This document shows positions 10,114-17,686 of a stretch of 64,000 bases of DNA, piece by piece. A program made the position numbers and the translations under genes. Position 1 is the stretch's first letter. Every line of letters begins with the position of its first letter. Location: assembly GCA_017511465.1 (NCBI GenBank), contig JAFWJU010000054.1:620-64619 (forward strand), read 5' to 3'. Origin of the DNA: Eggerthellaceae bacterium. Its GTDB lineage: Bacteria; Actinomycetota; Coriobacteriia; Coriobacteriales; Eggerthellaceae. Below the pieces are notes generated by a model. The model was given only the letters and a program-made list of their open reading frames with translations, was not told where the DNA came from and ran no database searches.

Positions 10114-10617
10114 TCAGGATTCTGCGTCGCAGAACTCGAGAACCTGCGCGTATGCCTCAACGAGGTCGTCGAGGGAACATGCGGCATTGGCAGGGCTCGT
10201 GGACGGAAGCTTTATTGCGGGATGCCCGCACATATCGCCGCACCCCAGCTTTCCGTACAGCTCGAAAGCCTTGGCACCCGTGCAGAACACAGCCGAAATG
10301 GGCGCAGTGCGCACGATAGAGGCGAGGTCATTCGGTTTCGCGTTGCGGATGCTCGCATCGCTGGCGCCATCGATGTCGCATTCGCTGAGCACGTCCCAGA
10401 GCGCGATTCGGTGCCTCAGACAGAAATCGCGCTTGCTTGCGTTCGTATCGGGCACGGGCTCGTTGACGAGTCGGGCCATGACCTGCCAAAAGCGGTTGCG
10501 GGGGTGTCCGTAGTAAAACCGGGCAGCCCGCGATGCGGGACTGGGCATGGACCCGAGCATGAGAACGCGGCTGTTCTCGTCATAGACAGGCGGGATCGTG
10601 TGGGTAATGCGGCTCAC
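10114..10617 (-). CDS. DNA-deoxyinosine glycosylase (UDG superfamily, family 6-like)
   Basis: The size is UDG-like (167 aa). The N-terminal motif is VLMLGSMPSPASR...YYGHPRNRFW. Confidence 0.7.
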   Translation of the reverse strand: MSRITHTIPPVYDENSRVLMLGSMPSPASRAARFYYGHPRNRFWQVMARLVNEPVPDTNASKRDFCLRHRIALWDVLSECDIDGASDASIRNAKPNDLASIVRTAPISAVFCTGAKAFELYGKLGCGDMCGHPAIKLPSTSPANAACSLDDLVEAYAQVLEFCDAES

Positions 10618-10623
10618 GGTACG

Positions 10624-11574
10624 TTACAGCACCAGCACGAGGGCGCTGTTGCAAAGGATGGCGGCGGCATAGAACGCGCCGAGCACCACGTTGACGCTGA
10701 GGATCTGGGGCATGGCCTGCAAGCGGCGGTCAGGTGTGAAGCTATTGGCGAACAGCGCTTTCGCAAGAGGGTATGCTGCCAGCACCATGAACGGCACGAT
10801 AAGCAATCCGGGCGTGTAGAAGATGGCGGTGTTCAGCACGATGAAGGCTATCCAAACGATGAGCGCGATGCGGTACCACACGACGGCGCGCTCGCGTCCA
10901 AGAAGGACCGGTAGGGTCTTTCGACCCGAGGGGATGTCGCGCTCGATGTCGCAGGTGTTGTTCGTGAACATGATGAGCCCAACGCCTATGATCGTCGGAA
11001 CGGCGATAAGCAGCAACTTGAAGTCGAGGATGCCCGTGAGCACCTGGTAGACGGCAAGGGGTATGAGCCCTCCCATGACGACGCCGCTCACGACTTCGCC
11101 GAGCGGCAAGTACGAAATGGGTGATTTGCCGGCAGAATACAACACGACGAACAAAGCGCCCACGATTGCAATGACGAGGGGCGCGAAGCCGGCTTTGACG
11201 ATGGCGTAGATGCCCAGCAAGAATGCGACAGCCAAAAACCCCACGGCTAACCTCAAAGCTGATTTGGGGTCGATGTTGTTGTAAACCAGGACGGCATCGG
11301 AAGGGTCGACGTTGTCCTCAGCCGAATCAGAGCCCTTCACGTAATCGTAGTAATCGTTGAACGTGTTGACGGACGACTGCATGAGCACGACGATGACGAG
11401 CAGCGCCAAGCTCATCGTCACCGAGACGGGTCCGGTGACGGAGGCGGCCGCCACGGCAATGAGCGTCGGCATGATAGCTGCAGGCCACGTGTGCGGTGCA
11501 GCCAAGTTCAAGGCCATTCTCGGCGTGAGGGGCGTATAACGGTTTCTCGTCGCTTTCATGAACCCATAGTACAC
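10624..11574 (-). CDS. menA: 1,4-dihydroxy-2-naphthoate polyprenyltransferase (UbiA superfamily)
   Basis: The protein is polytopic. The first Asp-rich motif is NDYYDYVKGSD, which is MenA-like. The second motif region is NNTCDIERD. The start is ATG 11574 or 11559. Confidence 0.7.
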   Translation of the reverse strand: MYYGFMKATRNRYTPLTPRMALNLAAPHTWPAAIMPTLIAVAAASVTGPVSVTMSLALLVIVVLMQSSVNTFNDYYDYVKGSDSAEDNVDPSDAVLVYNNIDPKSALRLAVGFLAVAFLLGIYAIVKAGFAPLVIAIVGALFVVLYSAGKSPISYLPLGEVVSGVVMGGLIPLAVYQVLTGILDFKLLLIAVPTIIGVGLIMFTNNTCDIERDIPSGRKTLPVLLGRERAVVWYRIALIVWIAFIVLNTAIFYTPGLLIVPFMVLAAYPLAKALFANSFTPDRRLQAMPQILSVNVVLGAFYAAAILCNSALVLVL

Positions 11575-11617
11575 CTGATACCATGAATTATCGACTTTGC
11601 TGTAGAAGGGAAGGGCT

Positions 11618-12916
11618 ATGAGGAAGTCCCGTTACACGGTGCACTGCGAAGGACAGGACGGCGAGCACCTCCTGTACAACACGGCATATGGAGCATTCGC
11701 CTCGATGGACGAGACGGCTTTCAGCCAGTTCGAAACGTGCGAGGGCCCGCTAGCAAACCAGATGCTCGAGGATGGGTTCCTGACTGAGCTCACTCCCGAA
11801 GAAGAGCTCGCCGCGCAAAAGGCCATGTTCGAAGCGGCGCGTGATGCAGGTGACGAGTTCTTCCTCGTCGTTGCGCCGACATATGCATGCAACCTTCGGT
11901 GCCCGTATTGCTATGAGCTTGGGCACAACGGCATCAAGGGCAAGATGAGCATGGAAGTGGTCGATTCAACCGTTCGCTTCGTCGAGGGCCGGTTTGCCGA
12001 AAGGCCTTTCAAGCGTATGAGCGTCCAATGGTATGGCGGCGATCCGTCACTCGCGCTCGACGTGGTGGAAGCCTTTTCTTCGAAGATCATTGCGTGGTGC
12101 GACGAGCACGGTGTCGAGTACAACGCCATGATGCTCTCGAATTGCAACGTCATCGACGAAGCGGCTGTCAAGATGCTTGTTCAGGCGCGTGTGACCAGCG
12201 TGTACATGACCATCGATGGATTCGAGGAAACCCATAATGCGCGGCGCGTTTCCGCTGTGGGGCTCAACTCGTATGAAAGGAACATCGAAGCGGCCAAGCT
12301 GTTCGCCGCCTATGGCATCAAGGCGAAAGCTGTCATGAACGTAGACAAGGTCAATTGGCCCGAATTCCACTCGTTGCGCGACATGCTGCGCGAGGAAGTC
12401 GGAATCGACCTAACGTGCGCGCGGCTGTGCGACTACGGTCATTTCTTCGACACGCGCGATTTCAAGAAGCCGGCGTTCGATTTGTTCAGCCATGACGAGT
12501 TCTCGCGGTTGACCCATGAGGAGTTCGCTTCGGGCGGCTACGACGCCGAGGCGATTCGCGACCTTTTAAGCCCCGTACCGCGCTTTTGCAATGGCCAGCG
12601 GCATAACTACTACATCGTCGACACGCTGGGCGACGTGTACATGTGCGATGGCTACATCGGCGAGCAGGACCATGTCGTTTTCAATGTCAAAGATGAACCT
12701 ACTGACGAGCAGAAACGCATGGTCAGCCACGACCCACATGACAGCGAGCAGTGCAGGGCATGTTACCTGCTGCCCATTTGCCAGGGAAACTGCGATTGGG
12801 AGCGCCGTGCCACCGGCATGCAGTGCCATCCTCTGCTGACGACGTTGCCCGATTACCTGCGGGATTATCGCGCTTGCTTCGGCGAGCTATCCGGATCGTA
12901 CACGCGCCTTGCATGA
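11618..12916 (+). CDS. radical SAM/SPASM-domain enzyme (peptide/protein-modifying maturase type)
   Basis: CX3CX2C is seen as CNLRCPYC after an N-terminal extension of roughly 90 aa. The full SPASM pattern is present: CX13GX4C (CNGQRHNYYIVDTLGDVYMC), then CX2CX5CX3C (CRACYLLPICQGNC), then a downstream Cys (GMQCH). Confidence 0.85.
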   Translation: MRKSRYTVHCEGQDGEHLLYNTAYGAFASMDETAFSQFETCEGPLANQMLEDGFLTELTPEEELAAQKAMFEAARDAGDEFFLVVAPTYACNLRCPYCYELGHNGIKGKMSMEVVDSTVRFVEGRFAERPFKRMSVQWYGGDPSLALDVVEAFSSKIIAWCDEHGVEYNAMMLSNCNVIDEAAVKMLVQARVTSVYMTIDGFEETHNARRVSAVGLNSYERNIEAAKLFAAYGIKAKAVMNVDKVNWPEFHSLRDMLREEVGIDLTCARLCDYGHFFDTRDFKKPAFDLFSHDEFSRLTHEEFASGGYDAEAIRDLLSPVPRFCNGQRHNYYIVDTLGDVYMCDGYIGEQDHVVFNVKDEPTDEQKRMVSHDPHDSEQCRACYLLPICQGNCDWERRATGMQCHPLLTTLPDYLRDYRACFGELSGSYTRLA

Positions 12917-12971
12917 CGCAGCGCATCGTGAAAAGGCAATGCTGCTCATGAAGTTGGGAGAGGGGAGACCC

Positions 12972-14078
12972 ATGATGATGAAGAAGAACCTTGCAATCGC
13001 GCTGGCATGTTGCGCAATCGCCTGCGTTATCGGCTTGGCAGGCTGCACGCAGCCGGCATCGTCTTCGGATTCGTCGGTGGATTCGTCGGCGGAATCGTCG
13101 TCAGCATCGTCGCAGGAGGTGAGTGCTGCGCAGAAGAAGCTTCAAGAGGGACTCGACTACTGGTTTGGCATCAACGGCGCCGAATTCGACATGGCGAAGG
13201 CGCGCGATGCCTTCCTCGAAGCTGCCAACGGCGGCGAGGCTGACGGGTGGTATTGGCTCGGCGTCTTGCGCATGCACGATATCGATGCCGAACGCTGGGT
13301 GCAGGTGATGTCGTATTTCGAGAAAGCCGCTGAAGAAGGTTCGACTCTGGGTTTATGCGGGCAGGCCCTGCTGCATGACACGGGATTCGGGGTGCAAAAG
13401 GACACCGAGAAGGCCGTCGAGCTGTACCAGCAAGCTGCTGATGCCGGCGACCAATACGCGAACGTCAATCTGGCTTACAAGTACGCTCGGGGCAAAGGCG
13501 TCGAGCCCGATCCCGAAAAAGCCATGCAGATGCTTGAACAAGCCGCCCAGAGCGACGATTTCCTCGTGGCGAATTCGGCGTTGATGGAACTCGGGTCGAT
13601 ATACCGTGACGGAATCGGCGTGTTCTCGGATGCAGATAAGGCAATCGAGTACTTCCAGAAAGCGTCGGACAACGGATTCGCGCAAGCGAGCCATCGCCTT
13701 GCCAACATGTACATGACAGGCGACGGCATCGATGCGGACAATGCCAAGGCCAAGGAGTACTACGAGAAGGAAGCAGCGGGTGGGTGGTATTACAACCTGG
13801 CGCTGTATTATGCCGATTCCGAACCAGCTGACTACAAGGCGGCTGCCGAGTTGTGCCAAAAGGATGCCGAGGGCGGAAAAGACCGCGCGATGGCAATGTG
13901 CTTGCTTGCCTACATGACCGCGATGGGCGAGGGTGTCGAGCAGGATACCGATGCCGCGGTTGACTGGGCGCACATGGCTCTTGACGCTATTGGACCCTAT
14001 GACGATACGAGCGACGACATGACCGTCAACCCGACCTTGTACGCTCACTACATTCTTCAGTCCCTCGGGGCGGAATAG
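12972..14078 (+). CDS. Sel1-repeat (SLR/TPR-like) lipoprotein
   Basis: SD GGAGAGGGGAG precedes ATG 12972. A signal peptide with lipobox LAGC is present, followed by a Ser/Asp-rich linker. Repeated Sel1 units follow (e.g. A.ELYQQAADAGDQYANVNLAYKYARGKGVEPDPEKAMQMLEQAA). Confidence 0.85.
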   Translation: MMMKKNLAIALACCAIACVIGLAGCTQPASSSDSSVDSSAESSSASSQEVSAAQKKLQEGLDYWFGINGAEFDMAKARDAFLEAANGGEADGWYWLGVLRMHDIDAERWVQVMSYFEKAAEEGSTLGLCGQALLHDTGFGVQKDTEKAVELYQQAADAGDQYANVNLAYKYARGKGVEPDPEKAMQMLEQAAQSDDFLVANSALMELGSIYRDGIGVFSDADKAIEYFQKASDNGFAQASHRLANMYMTGDGIDADNAKAKEYYEKEAAGGWYYNLALYYADSEPADYKAAAELCQKDAEGGKDRAMAMCLLAYMTAMGEGVEQDTDAAVDWAHMALDAIGPYDDTSDDMTVNPTLYAHYILQSLGAE

Positions 14079-14114
14079 CAGGGCAGTGGGGAAGGACGCA
14101 GGGCGCCAAGCGCG

Positions 14115-14597
14115 TTAGTCTGTCGCTGCCGGCATTCGCTCGCTTTGGTTGGCATCGAACTTGCGGATCTTGGCGGACAGCTCCTCAAGCTCCTCTTTAC
14201 TTAAGTCGGGAAGGTGCTCAAGCTGGTAAATGAAGTTCGTGATGCTTTCGTCGCGACGGGCGCGCATACGCTCTAAGCAGTAACTCACGGCGCCAGAAGT
14301 GATGAGCGCGAAGAAGAACACCGAATACACCGAGAGCAATATCACTGCGATTCGCCCGACATGCGTGGTGCACGTGAAGTCGCCCAACCCGATAGTCGTT
14401 ACGACTTGGAACATAAGCCAGGCTGAGTCTCCGTATGTAGATATAGAGGGTTCCGCCACGAACACGATGAACGAGCCGACGATGAAGAGGACGGCGAACA
14501 CGATGGTCCAAGGTAGAAGGCGAGCCGCCCGAATTATCATAAGAACCGCACGCACTCTCAGTTCCGTTCTTTGCTCCTGCTGCATGAAAGCCCCCAT
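14115..14597 (-). CDS. two-TM potassium-channel family protein (KcsA-like pore) with a helical C-terminal tail
   Basis: The arrangement is TM1, pore helix, filter TTIGLGDF, then TM2. The start is uncertain (14597 or 14585; the ORF extends to 14708). Confidence 0.7.
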   Translation of the reverse strand: MGAFMQQEQRTELRVRAVLMIIRAARLLPWTIVFAVLFIVGSFIVFVAEPSISTYGDSAWLMFQVVTTIGLGDFTCTTHVGRIAVILLSVYSVFFFALITSGAVSYCLERMRARRDESITNFIYQLEHLPDLSKEELEELSAKIRKFDANQSERMPAATD

Positions 14598-14747
14598 TCT
14601 GCCCGATAGGACTGCGATACCTGTACTGTGAGGGGAGTATAACCCGCAAGGAAGACCAGTATCAAATGGCAAAAACGGTATACTCGAACCACACTGCGCC
14701 GAAGGCATGAAGAGGGACTTTATTCCAGCAGGGAAGAAGGGTCGAAT

Positions 14748-15221
14748 ATGAGGAAAAGCGTCATTGTATGTGCTGCTGTGCTCGTGATATTGTTCGCGCT
14801 CTCTGCATGCGGGGGCTCATCGGCGGCCTCGACGGCTCAATCATCGTCCGCGAGCTCCCAAGAGATCGTCACCGATTCGGAAAGCGTCGTGATAATCTCG
14901 CTTGATTACAACGCGGGAACAGGGTTCGAGTGGTCTTACGAGGAAGACCCGGAGGGAATGCTGACGTTTCTCGGCAAGGAAACCGAGGACCTGGCGAAAG
15001 ACGAGCTCATAGACGGCGGCCCCTTGCTCGACACGTTCACGTTTCGCGCGGCAAAACCTGGTGAGGTGACGCTGACGTTCAAGCTTGCGCGCAGTTGGGA
15101 AGAGAGCCCGTCAGACTACACGCAGGTGTACGCCTTCGATATCGACGAGAACCTCCATATGGTGCTGCTCCCCGATAAGTCCAACTATGAAACGGAACCC
15201 GAATGGGGCTCCAACGCTTAA
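14748..15221 (+). CDS. chagasin/ICP family (MEROPS I42) cysteine-protease inhibitor lipoprotein
   Basis: Lipobox LSAC is present. The chagasin motif NPTTGYxW is seen as NAGTGFEW. The third-loop region is FTFRAAKPGEVTLTFKLARSWE. Confidence 0.7.
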   Translation: MRKSVIVCAAVLVILFALSACGGSSAASTAQSSSASSQEIVTDSESVVIISLDYNAGTGFEWSYEEDPEGMLTFLGKETEDLAKDELIDGGPLLDTFTFRAAKPGEVTLTFKLARSWEESPSDYTQVYAFDIDENLHMVLLPDKSNYETEPEWGSNA

Positions 15222-15263
15222 AATGTGGGTAAACTGAAATTGCCATGAAAAGAAGGGAACTCA

Positions 15264-15734
15264 ATGCCGCTGTTTGAAAGCAGATTCGCAAATGCCGGCC
15301 TTAAAGCGGCCAACACCTACGATCGCAGGTTTCGAAAACTCGTTCCATACGCTGAAATCATCGACACGCTGCGTCGCCAAGCGGCATTCGACCTTCCGCT
15401 GAAATTCGTGCTCGACCGCGATTCAGAGTCTCCTGGACTATTCAAGAGGGGCCCGCTTTGGGATTTCGGGAGCGCGGGTGTGCGCTTCGAGAAGAAGGAG
15501 ACAAAAGGGTCGCAGCCCTTGCTCGTCGTAACGTGGAGCGACGATATCGAGCAGAAGACGTTGCAGGAAACCCTCAGCGAGCTTAACGCCCTCGGGTTCG
15601 AAGAAGGTGCCCATGTCGGCATCCAGCTTGTATCTCCGTCGGGAGAATGCAAAGTGTCCCGGTTCGGAAACGGCGTTGCAGTTGCCAAGGACAACACCGT
15701 CATTCTCTTCAACGGCGCTTGGCAAGATTGCTAG
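15264..15734 (+). CDS. hypothetical protein (156 aa, no recognisable motif)
   Basis: The ORF has host-like GC and lies 40 nt after the I42 gene. I could not recognise any family signature. Confidence 0.45.
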   Translation: MPLFESRFANAGLKAANTYDRRFRKLVPYAEIIDTLRRQAAFDLPLKFVLDRDSESPGLFKRGPLWDFGSAGVRFEKKETKGSQPLLVVTWSDDIEQKTLQETLSELNALGFEEGAHVGIQLVSPSGECKVSRFGNGVAVAKDNTVILFNGAWQDC

Positions 15735-16273
15735 TTTCCAACCATCTTCCTGAAATAGGGCAGCTGGTGCTCTACGCCCTGATTCTGGTAGGGCCATGCT
15801 TCTTATTTTCAAGTTTACATAATATATATTATCAGCATTATGTTGAGGAAGCGCCAACACGATAAGAGGCCCCTCAAGTGCTGAAACATGCCGATGCGCA
15901 TTAGGAACGCCACGATTGTCTTACGCTTGAACCAATAGCCCCACCCAAGCCAACTCTTTTAAAGCTCGCTTGCAAACTCGCGTTACCAAAGTTCTGCTTC
16001 ACTGGCAATGCGCTCTGCTCTTACAAGGTCCTCGATGCGTGCAGACTTGGATTCTTGCTTTGCGACCCTACAGCCGGCTTTGTTTTATACGCTCAACCAA
16101 ATCTTTGAAATGTTCGAAGCCTATAAACCCGTTTTGGCGGCTTTGACGAGCAAACCCGCTCAAAAAGAGGCGATTTCTCGAGTCCTAACTCATGAACGGG
16201 CAAAATGGGGCCTTAAAACGGCTTAGAATCGTTTTAGGCTTCTGACCAGCGGAAATACAGAATAGTTTTGTAT

Positions 16274-16287
16274 ATATGAGCTCATAT
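16274..16287. repeat. perfect 14-bp palindrome ATATGAGCTCATAT in a low-GC intergenic region
   Basis: Read directly from the sequence. It lies about 140 bp upstream of the NifX-like gene and is a possible operator. Confidence 0.4.
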
Positions 16288-16362
16288 GGTCGTATTTCAG
16301 GCTATCTAAGGCCGATACAAGGCGAAAAGTCACGGAAAAGTATTTCATAGTCGATTACTTCG

Positions 16363-16391
16363 TTGACTTGTGAACTGAACGGTTTAAGAAT
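16363..16391 (+). promoter_or_regulatory. candidate promoter TTGACT-N17-AAGAAT for the NifX-like gene
   Basis: Hexamer spacing was read from the sequence. It lies about 35 nt upstream of ATG 16427. The -10 element is weak. Confidence 0.3.
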
Positions 16392-16426
16392 CTTGTACGT
16401 AAAACTTGGCGATAAGGAGATGCGAT

Positions 16427-16798
16427 ATGAAGATAGCCATTCCAAGTGAGACTGCCGACGGTCTGCTGTCGATGCGTAGTGGGCATTTTGGACATACGCC
16501 GTATTTCACGATCGTCGAATACAACGACGCCATGGAAATCGTCTCGGCAGAAGCCGTTAAGAACGTCGACCATGACGAGTTCGGCTGCGGCGGTGTCATC
16601 GAGTACGTCCTGGGACTAGGCGTCGATGGCATCCTGACAGCCGGTATGGGCATGCCGCCGCTTATGCGATTCACCGAAAACGGCGTCATCGTATACGCTG
16701 AAGTAGAGACTCCATACGTCGGCGATGTTGCCCTAAAGTTCGCCGAGGGCAACGTCACTCGCATGTCGCCCGATATGGCCTGCAATCACCATCACTAA
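16427..16798 (+). CDS. NifB/NifX-family (dinitrogenase FeMo-cofactor-binding domain) protein
   Basis: The N-terminus is typical (MKIAIPSE...SGHFGHTPYFTIVE) and the GGVIEYVLGLGVDGILTAGMG core is present. SD AAGGAGA precedes the ATG. Confidence 0.8.
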   Translation: MKIAIPSETADGLLSMRSGHFGHTPYFTIVEYNDAMEIVSAEAVKNVDHDEFGCGGVIEYVLGLGVDGILTAGMGMPPLMRFTENGVIVYAEVETPYVGDVALKFAEGNVTRMSPDMACNHHH

Positions 16799-16862
16799 GT
16801 CAAATTAGACAAATGTTCGTATTTTGATATGGAACACAATACCGTGCTTCGTATACCATGAG

Positions 16863-16887
16863 AAAGAGCCCCTGAATGGGGCTCTTT
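16863..16887. terminator. bidirectional rho-independent terminator between the convergent NifX-like and nrfH-like genes
   Basis: A 10-bp perfect stem AAAGAGCCCC/GGGGCTCTTT flanks a 5-nt loop, with A/T runs on both sides. Confidence 0.6.
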
Positions 16888-16913
16888 CCGTACGAGAAGG
16901 CTTGTAGATATCG

Positions 16914-17651
16914 TTAAGCGTTTACACCCGCATAACCGTCGGCAAGGGCTTTCTGGGCCTCATCATACGTGAGCCAGCCTTCGGGAAGGTCGATGTTCTC
17001 GTGCTCGTGGCAAGCCGTGCAAACGACGGTCGATGCACGATGCCCCTTGTGGCAATCGTTGCATTCGAGCGAAAGCGCTGCATGATGCTGCTCGTGGTAA
17101 TTGAAAGCACGCGTCGAAGTAGATTCGGCAAGCTTGGTCATGCTGATCTGGCCATCATCGCCAAGCAGGTACACATGGCAGTTCTCGTTAGCACAGAAGC
17201 TCTCCCCTGCCTTGTTGTCCCATGACATGAGCGCTGATAGCGAACGCTCATTGCGAGGCAGCGGGTAATTGCCGGTAACGTAGTTCATGCCGTCATGTGC
17301 GAGCTCGACGAAGTTTGGGATATGGCAATCGACGCAGAGTATCTCCGATTTCGCAGTCGCCGCTGTCTCGCGATGCAGAACCGCCATCATTGCGTTAGTG
17401 TTCTCGACTTGGTTGCCGTACTTGTCAGTGCCGGGTGCATTCTGCTCTTGCATGTAGTTATCAACATAGGTGCCCTCGACATGGCACATGGTCGAGCAGA
17501 ACGTCGGCGATTCGTGCCAAACCATCATGCCGGCTCCGACAGCAACGAGCACGACAACGATGACGGCCACTATGGCAATCTTCTTAGAACCCTTTCGCTT
17601 CTTCTCGGGCATATCGAAATCACGGCCGATGTTTTGCTTGTCTTCGCTCAT
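16914..17651 (-). CDS. nrfH: membrane-anchored multihaem cytochrome c, NrfH/NapC/NirT-like quinol dehydrogenase (cytochrome c3 family)
   Basis: An N-terminal TM is present (IAIVAVIVVVLVAVGAGMMVW). There are five haem motifs: CSTMCH (CX3CH), CVDCH, CANENCH (CX4CH), CNDCH and CTACH. It lies immediately downstream of nrfA on the same strand. Confidence 0.75.
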   Translation of the reverse strand: MSEDKQNIGRDFDMPEKKRKGSKKIAIVAVIVVVLVAVGAGMMVWHESPTFCSTMCHVEGTYVDNYMQEQNAPGTDKYGNQVENTNAMMAVLHRETAATAKSEILCVDCHIPNFVELAHDGMNYVTGNYPLPRNERSLSALMSWDNKAGESFCANENCHVYLLGDDGQISMTKLAESTSTRAFNYHEQHHAALSLECNDCHKGHRASTVVCTACHEHENIDLPEGWLTYDEAQKALADGYAGVNA

Positions 17652-17686
17652 GTATCGCTCCTTTCTATTGTATCAAGGAACGGTAA

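Noticed and set aside
13058-13115. An imperfect 12-bp tandem repeat (gattcgtcggtg/gattcgtcggcg/gaatcgtcgtca...).
   Set aside because: It is the coding sequence of the Ser/Asp-rich lipoprotein linker (SSDSSVDSSAESSSASS). It is low-complexity codon repetition, not a CRISPR or VNTR-type element.
16008-16226. A 72-aa ORF in the low-GC intergenic region, considered as a possible small protein gene.
   Set aside because: It has no SD, non-host composition and no recognisable motif. An in-frame stop lies just upstream. It is kept only as part of the low-GC region finding.
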